DNA of 64,000 bases from an uncultured Candidatus Binatia bacterium. Lineage in GTDB: Bacteria > Desulfobacterota > Binatia > UBA9968 > JAJDTQ01. Made by a program: the position numbers and the translations under genes. The first letter of the stretch is position 1. Every line of letters begins with the position of its first letter. Under the pieces are notes generated by a model that saw only the letters and a program-made list of their open reading frames with translations, had not been told where the DNA came from and did no database searches. Below, one piece after another: positions 49,295 through 59,522 of this stretch. The stretch covers positions 1,984,001 to 2,048,000 of the forward strand of contig OZ244070.1 in assembly GCA_965215605.1 (NCBI GenBank), read 5' to 3'.

Positions 49295-50536
49295 CTACAC
49301 CAGCGCTCCTTCGTCATCCAGTTCCGCCCAGCCGCTTTCCGAGAGGTCGAGCCATTCCCGGAGCACCTCCCGCGTGTGCTGGCCCAGGCCGGGGGCCGGC
49401 GTTGCGGCCGGCAGCGCGCTCCCGGAAAACTCCATGGGCAGCGCGGTGGTCAGCATGGAGCCTACCCTGGGCTCGGCCATCCTCTTGTAGGCTCCCGACG
49501 GTGTTCCGTTTTCCACCAGCTCCTGGACCCTGCGCATGCGCGCCGCGGGGACACCGGCCCGTCCGAGGCGCGCCTCGACGTCGGCCCTGTCGAGTCCCCC
49601 GGTCCAGGCCTCGATGCGCTCGTCGATCTCGTTGTGATGACGCATCCGTCCCGACACGCCGGCGAACCGGGCGTCACTCGCCAGAGGCGCATCCGCGGCG
49701 CCCTCCTCCACGACCCGGGCCAACGCCCGCCACTGGACGTCGTCACGGACGCTCACGGCGCACCACTCGTCCTGCCCCGCGCAGCGATAGACTCCCTGCG
49801 GCGCGAACCGGTCCGAGCGGTTGCCCATCCTGTCGGGGTTCCCCTGCTTCACCCCGCTGAACATCAGCAGCGGCGCGATCATCGACACGCTGCACTCGAA
49901 CTGGCCCATGTCGAGATGGAGGCCCTTGCCGGTGCTCTCCCGCTCGGTCAGGGCGGCGATGATGGCGTAGCAGGTGTGGAGCCCGCCGATGTAGTCGTTC
50001 CAGGAGTTGGAGATGGCGGTGGGAGGGTCTCCCTCGGCGCCGGTGACCTGCATGAGACCCGCGCACCCCTGCAGGTTCATGTTCATGCTGGTCCAGTCGC
50101 GGCGCGGGCCGCTGTGGCCGTAACCCGACATGCTGGCGAATATCAGTCCGGGGTTGGCTTCCCTGAGGCTTTCGTAACCCAGCCCCAGGCGGGACATGAC
50201 CCCGGCGCTGAAGTTCTCCACCACCACGTCGGCGGCAGTGGCCAGGCGCCGGGCGATGTCCCGGCCCGCGGGGTGCTTGAGGTCGACGGCCACCGAGCGC
50301 TTGTTGCGGTTGGTGTTCAGATACGAGGCGTGGCGTCCGTCCGTGTGCCGGTAGGACGACGGCCACGGAAAATCGGGATGCTTGCTGCTCTCGACCCGCA
50401 CCACGTCCGCGCCCAGGTCCGCCAGCAGCCGGGTGCAGAACGGCGCCGCCAGCACGTGGCCGAAGTCGAGGACGCGGACTCCCGACAACGGCGGTCCGCC
50501 GTCGTTCGCCGTCTTTCTGCTCCTCTCAAGGTCCAT
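49295..50536 (-). CDS. Family III CoA-transferase (CaiB/BaiF)
   Basis: PLSGVRVLDF, LADLGADV, NRNKRS, VENFS, WNDYIGG catalytic Asp. Confidence 0.9.
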   Translation of the reverse strand: MDLERSRKTANDGGPPLSGVRVLDFGHVLAAPFCTRLLADLGADVVRVESSKHPDFPWPSSYRHTDGRHASYLNTNRNKRSVAVDLKHPAGRDIARRLATAADVVVENFSAGVMSRLGLGYESLREANPGLIFASMSGYGHSGPRRDWTSMNMNLQGCAGLMQVTGAEGDPPTAISNSWNDYIGGLHTCYAIIAALTERESTGKGLHLDMGQFECSVSMIAPLLMFSGVKQGNPDRMGNRSDRFAPQGVYRCAGQDEWCAVSVRDDVQWRALARVVEEGAADAPLASDARFAGVSGRMRHHNEIDERIEAWTGGLDRADVEARLGRAGVPAARMRRVQELVENGTPSGAYKRMAEPRVGSMLTTALPMEFSGSALPAATPAPGLGQHTREVLREWLDLSESGWAELDDEGALV

Positions 50537-50552
50537 GCCACGTGATCCCATA

Positions 50553-50579
50553 TGTAGGGGCGGGTTTCAAACCCGCCCT
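50553..50579. repeat. GTAG-type REP-like palindrome, family B
   Basis: tgtaggggcgggtttcaaacccgccct. Confidence 0.8.
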
Positions 50580-50615
50580 GTCCCTTGGCCGGCGCGCCGG
50601 GGCTCGGTCCCGGCG

Positions 50616-50646
50616 TTGACAGCCATCCACCGGGAACCTATATAAT
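50616..50646 (+). promoter_or_regulatory. Sigma70-like promoter of the Rieske operon
   Basis: TTGACA at 50616 and TATAAT at 50641, 19-nt spacer. Confidence 0.55.
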
Positions 50647-50696
50647 CGCCACGGAATCGCCCGGCGCATCGACGGACGTGAGGCGAAAGGTCTAAG

Positions 50697-51932
50697 GTGA
50701 ACGAAATGAACCGCATGAACGAATTCGTTGACGCCGAAGGGGGCTTGCTGAATCGGCAGGTCTTCGTCTCCCAGGATATCTACGAGCAGGAGCTGGAGCG
50801 GATCTTCGCGCGCTGCTGGCTGTTCCTGGGACACGAGACCCAGATTCCCAATCCCAACGACTTCCTCGCCACCTACATGGGCGAGGACCCGGTGCTGCTG
50901 TGCCGGAGCGCGGACGGGAAGGTGCGGGCGTTTCTCAACATGTGCCGTCACCGGGGCAACCGGGTGTGCCGCGCCGACCAGGGCAACGCGAGCTCGTTCA
51001 TGTGCACCTACCACGGCTGGTGCTACAGCAACGACGGCAAGCTCATCGGCGTGCCGGGCATGAAGGAGATCTACAGCGGCGAGCTGGACATGACGCAGTG
51101 GGGTCTGGTGGAAGTGGCCCAGCTCGAGATCTACAAGGGGCTCGTCTTCGCCACCTTCGACCCGGACGCCCCGCCGCTGCTGCAGTACCTCGGCGGCCAG
51201 GACCAGGAACTGAGCTTCATGTTCGACCGCCGCGCCGGCGGCACCGAGATCATCGGCGGCGTGCACAAGTGGGTGATGAACGCCAACTGGAAGTACGCCG
51301 CCGACAACTTCTTCGGCGACGACGGCCACCACACCGTGACCCATGCGTCCGTGCGCCGCGTGCCCGTGGACGTCCGGTACTACCCGCAGACCAACGACGA
51401 TGCGCGCCCCGATACCGACCGGGGGCTCTCCCGGGTCGCCGAAGGTATCATACGGGACTACCACCACGAGCATTTCGACGAGCTGATCGAGCGCATCGGC
51501 CCCGACTTGGCCGACCGCCCCGGACTGGTCACCACCGTATTCCCCAACCTGTCGCCGAACTTCAGCCGGCACATGATCCGGTTGTGGCACCCCAAGGGCC
51601 CGGACAAGACCGAGATCTGGTCGTATTGCGTGGTGGACAAGGACGCGCCCGAGGAGGTGAAGACCGCCATGCGGCTGCACCTGACCCAGACCTTCGGCCC
51701 GGCCGGGAACCTGGAGCAGGACGACATGAACAACTGGATCCAGTGCACCGATACCGCGCGCGGCGTCATCGCGAAGCGCTACCCGCAGAACATCCAGGCC
51801 CATCTCGGACACGAGGACCGTTGCCCGCCCATCGGCGGCGGCCGGCGGCTGCGAGCCTTCTACTCCCGCTGGGAGATGATGATGAAGGCCGACACCTGGT
51901 CCGACGTCGACCTGGAGACCCGGTACTGGTGA
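50697..51932 (+). CDS. Aromatic ring-hydroxylating dioxygenase alpha subunit, copy 1
   Basis: Rieske CRH...[15 protein letters not shown]...H, EQDD. Confidence 0.93.
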   Translation: MNEMNRMNEFVDAEGGLLNRQVFVSQDIYEQELERIFARCWLFLGHETQIPNPNDFLATYMGEDPVLLCRSADGKVRAFLNMCRHRGNRVCRADQGNASSFMCTYHGWCYSNDGKLIGVPGMKEIYSGELDMTQWGLVEVAQLEIYKGLVFATFDPDAPPLLQYLGGQDQELSFMFDRRAGGTEIIGGVHKWVMNANWKYAADNFFGDDGHHTVTHASVRRVPVDVRYYPQTNDDARPDTDRGLSRVAEGIIRDYHHEHFDELIERIGPDLADRPGLVTTVFPNLSPNFSRHMIRLWHPKGPDKTEIWSYCVVDKDAPEEVKTAMRLHLTQTFGPAGNLEQDDMNNWIQCTDTARGVIAKRYPQNIQAHLGHEDRCPPIGGGRRLRAFYSRWEMMMKADTWSDVDLETRYW

Positions 51933-51981
51933 CGGCGCCGCAAGCTCCTGCGCACGGGACAACAGGGAAGGCGGAAGCAAC

Positions 51982-52494
51982 GTGAACGACCACGATCTTT
52001 GGCATGAGATCCAGGACTTCCTCGTCCGCGAGGCGCGGCTTCTGGACGACCGCGCGTTCGAGGAATGGCTGGAGCTTTTCACCGACGACATCGTCTACTG
52101 GATGCCGGAACGGACGAATCCCTGGGAAAGCGACGATCCCGCGGACAGCGTGTCCAAGCCCGGTGAGCTGGCGCTCTTCGAGGAGACCAAGGAGACTCTG
52201 CGCACCCGGGTGGCGCGTCTCGCCACCGGCATGGCGTGGTCGGAAGTGCCGCCGTCGCGCACGCGCCACCTCGTTACCAACATTCAGGTGGAACCCGGCG
52301 AGACGGACTCCGAGCTTCGCGTACGTTCGTATTTCATGGTGTACCGGACCCAGCTCGAGCACAGCCAGGACGTGTTCGTGGGGGAGCGGGACGACGTGTT
52401 GCGAAAGGTCGGCGATAAGTGGAAGATCGCCCGCCGCACCATCGTGCTGGACCAGGCAGTGCTCCAGTCGCCCAACCTGAGCATTTTCTTCTAG
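51982..52494 (+). CDS. Aromatic ring-hydroxylating dioxygenase beta subunit
   Basis: EARLLD...YWMP...PPSRTRH...NLSIFF. Confidence 0.93.
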   Translation: MNDHDLWHEIQDFLVREARLLDDRAFEEWLELFTDDIVYWMPERTNPWESDDPADSVSKPGELALFEETKETLRTRVARLATGMAWSEVPPSRTRHLVTNIQVEPGETDSELRVRSYFMVYRTQLEHSQDVFVGERDDVLRKVGDKWKIARRTIVLDQAVLQSPNLSIFF

Positions 52495-52505
52495 GGGGTA
52501 GCGGG

Positions 52506-53741
52506 ATGAACCAACTGAACGATCTCGTGGACACCCGGCAAGGGTTGCTGGACCGCCGGATCTTCGTCTCCAAAGACGTCTACCAGCAGGAGCTGGAACG
52601 GATCTTCGCCCGCTGCTGGCTGTTCCTGGGACACGAGACCCAGATCCCCAACCCCAACGATTTCCTCGCCACCTACATGGGCGAGGACCCGGTGCTGCTC
52701 TGCCGGGGAGGAGACGGCACCATCCGGGCGTTTCTCAACATGTGCCGTCACCGGGGCAACCGGGTGTGCCGCGCCGACCAAGGCAACGCCAGCTCGTTCA
52801 TGTGCACCTACCACGGCTGGTGCTACAGCAACGACGGCAAGCTCATCGGCGTGCCGGGCATGAAGGAGATCTACAGCGGCGAGCTGGATATGACGCAATG
52901 GGGGCTGGTGGAAGTGGCCCAACTGGATGTGCACAAGGGGCTTGTCTTCGCCACCTTCGATCCCAAGGCGCCGCCGCTGCTGGACTACCTCGGCGGCCAG
53001 GAGCAGGAGCTCGGCGTCATGTTCGACCGCCGCGCCGGCGGCACCGAGATCATCGGCGGCGTTCACAAGTGGGTGATGAACGCCAACTGGAAGTACGCCG
53101 CCGACAACTTCTTCGGCGACGACGGCCACCACACCATCACCCACGTGTCGGTGCGCGAGGTGCCGGTGGACGACCTGTCCTACCCCCGCACCAACGAGGA
53201 GCCCCGCCCCTATTCCGACGACATCGGCTTCACCCGGGTGGCCGGAGGCATCATCCGGGACTACCTGCTTGACCACTTCGACGAGGCCGTGCAACGCATC
53301 GGCCCGGACCTCGCCCAGCAGGCCGGGCTCGTCACCACCGTCTTCCCCAACGTCTCCCCCAACTTCATCCGCCACATGATCCGCGTCTGGCACCCCCGGG
53401 GCCCGGAGAAGACCGAGATCTGGTCCTACTGCGTCGTCGACAAGGAAGCGCCCCCGGAGATCAAGACCGCCATGCGCCGCCACCTCACCCAGACCTTCGG
53501 CCCCAGCGGCAACCTCGAGCAGGACGACATGAACAACTGGGAGCAGTGCACCGGCACCGCCCGCGGCGTCATCGCCCGCCGCTACCCCCAGAACATCCAG
53601 GCCCACCTCGGCCACGAGGAAAAGTCCGGCGCCTTCGGCGGCGGCAAGCGCCTGCGCCAGTTCTACGCCCGCTGGGCGACGATGATGGAGGCGGAGAGCT
53701 GGGGGGAGGTGGATCTGCCCTCCGAGAGTCGGTCAGTTTAG
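52506..53741 (+). CDS. Aromatic ring-hydroxylating dioxygenase alpha subunit, copy 2
   Basis: Same motifs as copy 1; close paralog. Confidence 0.93.
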   Translation: MNQLNDLVDTRQGLLDRRIFVSKDVYQQELERIFARCWLFLGHETQIPNPNDFLATYMGEDPVLLCRGGDGTIRAFLNMCRHRGNRVCRADQGNASSFMCTYHGWCYSNDGKLIGVPGMKEIYSGELDMTQWGLVEVAQLDVHKGLVFATFDPKAPPLLDYLGGQEQELGVMFDRRAGGTEIIGGVHKWVMNANWKYAADNFFGDDGHHTITHVSVREVPVDDLSYPRTNEEPRPYSDDIGFTRVAGGIIRDYLLDHFDEAVQRIGPDLAQQAGLVTTVFPNVSPNFIRHMIRVWHPRGPEKTEIWSYCVVDKEAPPEIKTAMRRHLTQTFGPSGNLEQDDMNNWEQCTGTARGVIARRYPQNIQAHLGHEEKSGAFGGGKRLRQFYARWATMMEAESWGEVDLPSESRSV

Positions 53742-53768
53742 CCACCGTTTCGGGTTTCCTTGAGAGAC

Positions 53769-53844
<76 letters not shown>

Positions 53845-53941
53845 GATGAGGGTCTGGGTGGGCGGGTAATTACCAATTTAACAGTCGGTTGCGCGGGTGG
53901 GCAAGCCATTCCGCGTGGTTCTCGAGAACCCTGACGGGGCC

Positions 53942-54739
53942 TTACCGCGCCGCCATCCGCCCTCCCTCCACGGGCAGGTCCGCGCCGGTGATGTAGTCGG
54001 CCCAGCGGGAGGCCAGGAACAGCACCGGACCGACGAAGTCTTCGACCTCGCCTTTGCGTCCCAGGGCGGGCGGGGTGAACTCCCCGGCGGTGATGGAGGG
54101 CTCCGGTCCCGGCCCCTGGCCTTTCGTGTGGGCTTCGTACTCGTAGATGGTGGTGAGGCGGTTGGGGGTGAAGCCGGGGCTGACGGAGTTGACGTTGATG
54201 TTGTCGCGGCCGAGCTCCACGGCCATCTGTCGCGTGAGCATGACGACGCCGCCTTTGGCGGCGCTGTAGGCGGAGCCGCCGGCGCTGCCCCGGTGTCCGG
54301 CGATGGAGGCGATGTTGACGATCTTGCCGCCGCCCTGGCGCTTCATCACCGGGGCCACGTGGCGGGTGGTGAGGTAGGCGGCCTTGAGGCAGATGTCGAG
54401 CACGAAGTCCCATTCGCCGGGCTCCATCTCGATGATGGTCTTGGGCGGGTAGATCTGTACGGCCGCGGCGTTGACCACCACGTCGATGGTGCCGAAGCGC
54501 TCCACCACGCCGGCCACCATGCGGGCCACGTCGGCGTCGTCAGAGATGTCGCCCGGGGCGGGAACCGCCGTTACGTCCCCGTTGAGCTTGTCGATGCACT
54601 CCAGGGCCTTCTCTTCCTTGAGGTCGTTGATGGCCAGCTTGGCGCCGTGATCGGTGAAGCCCTGCGAAAAGGCGGTGCCGAGCACGCCGGCGCCGCCGGT
54701 GATCAGAACCACCTTGTCCTTGAGTCCGAGATCTCTCAT
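53942..54739 (-). CDS. SDR-family oxidoreductase
   Basis: ITGGAGVLG, NAA, YSAAK; ATG at 54739. Confidence 0.9.
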   Translation of the reverse strand: MRDLGLKDKVVLITGGAGVLGTAFSQGFTDHGAKLAINDLKEEKALECIDKLNGDVTAVPAPGDISDDADVARMVAGVVERFGTIDVVVNAAAVQIYPPKTIIEMEPGEWDFVLDICLKAAYLTTRHVAPVMKRQGGGKIVNIASIAGHRGSAGGSAYSAAKGGVVMLTRQMAVELGRDNINVNSVSPGFTPNRLTTIYEYEAHTKGQGPGPEPSITAGEFTPPALGRKGEVEDFVGPVLFLASRWADYITGADLPVEGGRMAAR

Positions 54740-54768
54740 TGAATGTCTCCTGCGCCTTGAAACGCCCG

Positions 54769-55476
54769 CTACCGCTGGGCCGCCCGGAGCCGCGGGACGG
54801 CTCGCAGCGACTCGACGTGCGCCAGGGCCTCTGCCCGGGTCACCACGGTGGCGTACTTGCTGTTCATCTCGTAGAGGTTCACGAGATGCGAGAACTGCGA
54901 GCGGTCGAACGTGCCTTCCTCCACCACGAACACATTGTATCCGTTGGAATAGCCGTCGATGACCGTGGAGCGCACGCATCCGGAGGTGGAGGCGCCGGTG
55001 ACGATCAGCGAGTCCACGCCCTTGCGCGTCAGATAGGTGGTCAGGTGGGTGCCGAAGAACGCGCTGGCGCGGGCCTTGTGAACCACCCACTCGTCCTTTC
55101 GCGGACGGATCATCTGCGGGAACTGCACCGCCTGTTCGCTCGCGGTGGTGGGTTCCGCGGCGCGCTTGGTGGCGTTTCCGAAGACCGCCTTGAAGTCGGG
55201 GTCGCTGGTGGAATAGACCACCGGCACCTTGCTCTTGCGGCACGCCACCAGCAGCTTGCGGATGTGGGGCAACGCCTGCCACGCGGCCTTGCCGCAGCTC
55301 GACCGAAACTCGTCGATGGCGTCCAGGGTTTCCATCGGTTTGGTCCCGGTGAAGGCGGTGATGACGTCGATGATGAGCAGCGCGGGCCGCTGTCCGAACG
55401 GCTGCTTGCCCTTGTAGCCGGCCTTCTCGTAGATCCGGCGGTCGTATTCCGGGACGATCTTTTCCCAATCTCTCAT
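54769..55476 (-). CDS. Isochorismatase-family cysteine hydrolase
   Basis: ALLIIDV, K..ASAFFGT, GASTSGCVR. Confidence 0.88.
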   Translation of the reverse strand: MRDWEKIVPEYDRRIYEKAGYKGKQPFGQRPALLIIDVITAFTGTKPMETLDAIDEFRSSCGKAAWQALPHIRKLLVACRKSKVPVVYSTSDPDFKAVFGNATKRAAEPTTASEQAVQFPQMIRPRKDEWVVHKARASAFFGTHLTTYLTRKGVDSLIVTGASTSGCVRSTVIDGYSNGYNVFVVEEGTFDRSQFSHLVNLYEMNSKYATVVTRAEALAHVESLRAVPRLRAAQR

Positions 55477-55523
55477 GTTGTGCCTCCTGGGAGTTTCGGG
55501 GCTGCGTGCCGGTCCCGGCACGA

Positions 55524-55547
55524 GCGGGTTTGAAACCCGCCCCTACA
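55524..55547. repeat. GTAG-type REP-like palindrome, family B
   Basis: gcgggtttgaaacccgcccctaca. Confidence 0.8.
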
Positions 55548-55620
55548 CATACCCCAACCGCGGATGACACTCAAATGTGGAGCGGAGAAGGGTTGTCCGA
55601 TTACGCCGCGTTGTTCCGGC

Positions 55621-56100
55621 CTATGGGAAGAAGGTCAGCTTGACCAGCAAGGCCAGGATGGTCGGGCCGAAGCTGAACACGGCGAAACGGAGGACGGCGA
55701 CCTGCTTCTCGAGTTTTGAGAAGGTTTCCTTGGTGGTGAGCTCAAGTCGCGCAAGGTCTTCTTTGGTGGCCATGTTGGTTTCGACCTTGGTGATGCGGGC
55801 TTCGAGTTCGGCGAAGTCCTCCTTGGTGGCGGCCTCAAGTCTGGCGAACTCCTCCTTGGTGGCGGCCTCAAGTCTGGCGAACTCCCCCTTGGTGGCGGTC
55901 TCAAGTCTGGCGAAGCCCTCCTTGGTGGCAGCCTCAAGTCTGGCGAACTCCGCCTTGGTGGCGGCCTCGAATCTGGCCATGTCTTCTTTGGTCGCCATGC
56001 TCTCGGCTGGTGGTACGGCACCGGCAGCAGCCTTCGCTCGGTCCGGGGAAGCTCCGGCTTCGATCAGCGCATCGTAGACTTCGGAAACGATCAGGCCCAT
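55621..56100 (-). CDS. Coiled-coil protein with 11-aa repeats and a C-terminal TM anchor (DUF1640/CCDC90-like)
   Basis: YDALIEAG head, ATKED neck motifs, repeated ATKEEFARLEA, hydrophobic tail. Confidence 0.75.
   Translation of the reverse strand: MGLIVSEVYDALIEAGASPDRAKAAAGAVPPAESMATKEDMARFEAATKAEFARLEAATKEGFARLETATKGEFARLEAATKEEFARLEAATKEDFAELEARITKVETNMATKEDLARLELTTKETFSKLEKQVAVLRFAVFSFGPTILALLVKLTFFP
55810..55995. repeat. 33-bp coding tandem repeat, about 5-6 units
   Basis: Repeated ccttggtggcggcctcaagtctggcgaactcct. Confidence 0.9.
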
Positions 56101-56300
56101 CATTGCATCTCCGGACGCGATGCTGGCGCGTGTACGGTTCGTTCCAGAACATGACGCCAAGAAACGACGGTAAAGTCAAGAATGGTCATGTAGAGAACAA
56201 TCGGCGTTCGGTGGGAGTTCTTTAGCCTCCACTCGGGCCACTCCGCCTGGTTTCGCGCTCGCGGGAGCTACGGAGCGGTGGCTCGGCTGGGAAGCCGCGG

Positions 56301-56927
56301 TCAGGCCCGTAGCGCCGCCATCATGTCCCGGGCCGCGGCCTTGGGGTCGGGGGCTTCGGAGATGGCGGAGATGAGGGCGATGCGGGCGGTGCCGTGGGCC
56401 TTGATCTCGGGGATGTGGTGCGGCTTGATGCCGCCGATGGCGAAAACCGGGACGGTCGCCGCGTCTGTGACGACCTTGAGCGCGGCGGGTCTCTGGGGGT
56501 CGCCGAACGCGAGCTTGGAGCTGGTGGGGTAGACGGGTCCGAACAGGACGAAGTCGGCGCCCGCCGCGGCGGCGGCGAGCACTTCCTCCAGTGAATGCGT
56601 GGAGACGCCGAGCCTGCGGTCCGGACCCAGCAGTTCACGAGCCACCTCGACGGGCAGGGAGTTCGCCGCCAGGTGCACGCCGGCGGCGTCCGCGGCCAGC
56701 GCCACGTCCACGCGGTCGTTGATGAAAAGCGCCGCGCCGTAGCGGTCGCACAGCCGCTTCACCGTGCGGGCCAACTCCAGCAGTTCCCGTCCTCCCAGGT
56801 CTTTCTCCCGGAGTTGTACGGCCCGGATGCCGCCCTCCAGTGCCTGCTCCAGCATCCACGGGAGATCGCGGCCCGCCGTGGCGTGGCGGTCCGTGACGAG
56901 ATAGAGGTCGAAGTCGATGGAATTCAA
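56301..56927 (-). CDS. thiE: Thiamine-phosphate synthase
   Basis: LYLVTD, VQLREK, FINDR, GVSTH, FAIGGI. Confidence 0.9.
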   Translation of the reverse strand: MNSIDFDLYLVTDRHATAGRDLPWMLEQALEGGIRAVQLREKDLGGRELLELARTVKRLCDRYGAALFINDRVDVALAADAAGVHLAANSLPVEVARELLGPDRRLGVSTHSLEEVLAAAAAGADFVLFGPVYPTSSKLAFGDPQRPAALKVVTDAATVPVFAIGGIKPHHIPEIKAHGTARIALISAISEAPDPKAAARDMMAALRA

Positions 56928-57002
56928 GGGCTTCTTGCCGCACGGACAGCGAAGTCGACGGATCTCACGGGTTGCCGTCCGACGGCCCCTCACGGCTTCC
57001 GG

Positions 57003-57812
57003 TCAGTGAAGCAGCCCCTCGATGGGACTGGAGGCGGTGGCGTAGAGCTTCCTGGGAATGCGGCCGGCCAGGAAGGCCTTGCGCCCGGCCTCGACGGCCT
57101 GCCTCATGGCGTCGGCCATGAGCACGGGATCCTTGGCGCCGGCGATGGCGGTGTTCATGAGCACGCCGTCGCAGCCCATCTCCATGACGATGGCCGCGTC
57201 GGAGGCGGTGCCCACGCCGGCGTCGACGATGACCGGGATGGAGACGTTCTCCTGGATGATGCGGATGTTGTACGGGTTGCGGATGCCCAGGCCCGAGCCG
57301 ATGGGCGCGGCCAGGGGCATCACCGCGGCGCAGCCCATGTCTTCGAGTTTCTTGGCGGTGACCACGTCGTCGCTGATGTACGGCAGCACGGTGAAGCCGT
57401 CTTCGATGAGCAGGCGGGCCGCCTCCAGGGTCCCCGGCGTGTCCGGGAACAGGGTCTTGTCGTCGCCGATGACCTCGAGCTTGACCATGCTGCCGACCCC
57501 GGCCTCCCGCGCCAGGCGGCAGGTGCGCACGGCTTCCTCCGGGGTGTAGCAGCCCGCGGTGTTGGGCAGAATCGTGAACTTCCCGGGGTCCAGGTAGTCG
57601 AGCAGGTTCTCCTGGTCCGGATCGGTGATGTTTACGCGCCGGACCGCCACCGTGACGATCTCCGCCCCGGAGACCTCGATGGCCTTGCGGGTCTCTTCGA
57701 AGTCGCGATACTTGCCCGTCCCGACGATCAGCCGCGACCGGAATTCCTTTCCGGCCAGCCGCAGGCAATCGGACGATGCCGCCTCCGGGACTTGCGGTTT
57801 GGGTTCGGTCAT
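57003..57812 (-). CDS. thiG: Thiazole synthase
   Basis: [36 protein letters not shown]. Confidence 0.97.
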   Translation of the reverse strand: MTEPKPQVPEAASSDCLRLAGKEFRSRLIVGTGKYRDFEETRKAIEVSGAEIVTVAVRRVNITDPDQENLLDYLDPGKFTILPNTAGCYTPEEAVRTCRLAREAGVGSMVKLEVIGDDKTLFPDTPGTLEAARLLIEDGFTVLPYISDDVVTAKKLEDMGCAAVMPLAAPIGSGLGIRNPYNIRIIQENVSIPVIVDAGVGTASDAAIVMEMGCDGVLMNTAIAGAKDPVLMADAMRQAVEAGRKAFLAGRIPRKLYATASSPIEGLLH

Positions 57813-57816
57813 GGCT

Positions 57817-58017
57817 CTATCCGCCGCCGACGAACTGGACGATCTCCACCTCGTCGCCTTCCTTCAATCGCGTGGCGCCGTGCGCGTCCCGGGAGACGAC
57901 CTCGGCGTTGATCTCGACGACCACGCGTCCGGGCCGGATCTCAAGGTCCTCCAGGAGTTGGGCGACGCTCAAGTCCGGCGTCACTTCGCTGTCCTTGCCG
58001 TTGATACGGATGACCAC
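57817..58017 (-). CDS. thiS: Sulfur carrier protein ThiS
   Basis: IRING...[14 protein letters not shown]; only the last ~66 aa of the long track ORF. Confidence 0.93.
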   Translation of the reverse strand: MVIRINGKDSEVTPDLSVAQLLEDLEIRPGRVVVEINAEVVSRDAHGATRLKEGDEVEIVQFVGGG

Positions 58018-58115
58018 CAAGAAATCCTCGCGGGCAAGATCCCGCGCAGCTACATTATCGCATATCCCGAGCGGGACGCCAGTGATCGGTGCGGGTCGAA
58101 CAGCCGGTCCTGCCG

Positions 58116-59063
58116 CTACCGAGCGGCTGCGATCTTCACCTCCAGCACGCCGATGCCCTCCACCTCGCCTTCCACCTTGTCGCCGACGTTGAGGAAGATG
58201 GGCGGGGTGCGGGCAAACCCGACACCCGACGGCGTTCCCGTGCTGATGATGTCGCCCGGCTCCAGAGTCAGGCCGTCGGACAGCGACTCGATGGTCGCGG
58301 GGATGTCGAAGATCATGTCCCGGGTGTTGCCGTCCTGCATGGTCTCGCCGTTGACGCGGCACTGCAGCCTGACCGCCTTCGGATCGGGCATGGCGCTCTT
58401 GTGCACGATGCTGGGCCCCAGCGGGCAGAAGGTGTCCAGCGACTTGCCCTTCCACCACTGGAGGTGGCGGCGCTGCAGGTCGCGTGCGGTCATGTCCAGG
58501 CAGACGGTGTAGCCGAAGATGTAGTCGTTGGCCTTGGCGGGGGGGATGTTCCGGCCCTTCCGGCCGATGACCACGGCCAACTCCACCTCCCAGTCGATCT
58601 TGCTGGTGGCCGAATGCGCGAGCACCTTGCCCTGGTCGCCGATGACCGCGGTGGCGGGCTTGGTGAAGAACACCGGCACCTCGGGCGTGTTGAGTTGGAC
58701 TCCCCGTGCGCGCACGCCTTCGTCGATATGTTCCTGGTAGTTGACTCCCAGGCAGATGACGTTCTTCCGGGGCTCGGGGATCGGCGACAGCAGCCGGACG
58801 CGGTTCCGTTTCACCAGCATCTCCGCCTGGGCGAGTCTCCGGAAGCCCTTGGAATCCAGCCCCTCCACGTACCGCGCCGCCTTCTTTGCCGTAGTGACGG
58901 CCTTGGCGCCTGCTTCGATGAAGGTCTGCATGCTGTCCAGATACGAGGCGGTGCTTCCCGGCAGGTAACGCCTGCTGACCTCCCGTAGATCGATGATCTG
59001 TTCGTCCTCGGTCATCATGCCGAGGCGGGTCTTGCCGCGAAAAGTGTAGGTGACGAAGCGCAT
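58116..59063 (-). CDS. Fumarylacetoacetate hydrolase family protein
   Basis: CLGVNY, DWEVELAV, DMTARD, GKSLDTF, STGTPSGVG. Confidence 0.92.
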   Translation of the reverse strand: MRFVTYTFRGKTRLGMMTEDEQIIDLREVSRRYLPGSTASYLDSMQTFIEAGAKAVTTAKKAARYVEGLDSKGFRRLAQAEMLVKRNRVRLLSPIPEPRKNVICLGVNYQEHIDEGVRARGVQLNTPEVPVFFTKPATAVIGDQGKVLAHSATSKIDWEVELAVVIGRKGRNIPPAKANDYIFGYTVCLDMTARDLQRRHLQWWKGKSLDTFCPLGPSIVHKSAMPDPKAVRLQCRVNGETMQDGNTRDMIFDIPATIESLSDGLTLEPGDIISTGTPSGVGFARTPPIFLNVGDKVEGEVEGIGVLEVKIAAAR

Positions 59064-59300
59064 CGACGAACTCTCCTCCCTTCCGGTCTCTCGGCCGGAA
59101 CTTTCGCGGGGCCTCTCCCGCCTCTTCTGAATATCCGTGTGGACTGGCGCTCGGAAAAAGCGCCATATCCTCATAGGAGAAGCGCCGTACCGTTGTCAAC
59201 CCGCTGGCACACCCGCACCGGGCGGCCCGCGAAATTGCGCGGATGGGTAGGTGGTGGTACCTTTCGTCATGTGAAACGGACCAAGGGACAGCGCGCCGCC

Positions 59301-59498
59301 ATGGAGGTCGGCGACCGCGTGATGGTAAAGGGCGACTTGCGCAGGCAGGTCATGCTGGTGGCCAGGACGGAGATTCCCCACTCGACCCAGAAGGTCTTCG
59401 TCACGCGGTCGGGCGGGGACTTTACCGTGGGGCTGAAGCTCTGGAAGTCGGACTACATCTGGAGCGAAAAGAACCAGATGTGGGTTTCGAAGCACTGA
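59301..59498 (+). CDS. Small hypothetical protein (65 aa)
   Basis: MEVGDRVMVKG start resembles SH3/KOW barrels; host-like codon usage; directly upstream of holA. Confidence 0.6.
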   Translation: MEVGDRVMVKGDLRRQVMLVARTEIPHSTQKVFVTRSGGDFTVGLKLWKSDYIWSEKNQMWVSKH

Positions 59499-59522
59499 CG
59501 GCCCGTTCTGCGGTGCGGCTGG

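Noticed and set aside
55810-55995. 33-bp repeats as a CRISPR array
   Set aside because: Head-to-tail with no spacers, in frame within a gene, and no cas genes
58018-58115. TPP riboswitch upstream of thiS
   Set aside because: No CTGAGA or ACCTGA core motifs; only a possible extended -10
57817-59199. 460-aa ORF ending in VGGG
   Set aside because: Only the last ~66 aa are ThiS; the rest overlaps the FAH gene in another frame
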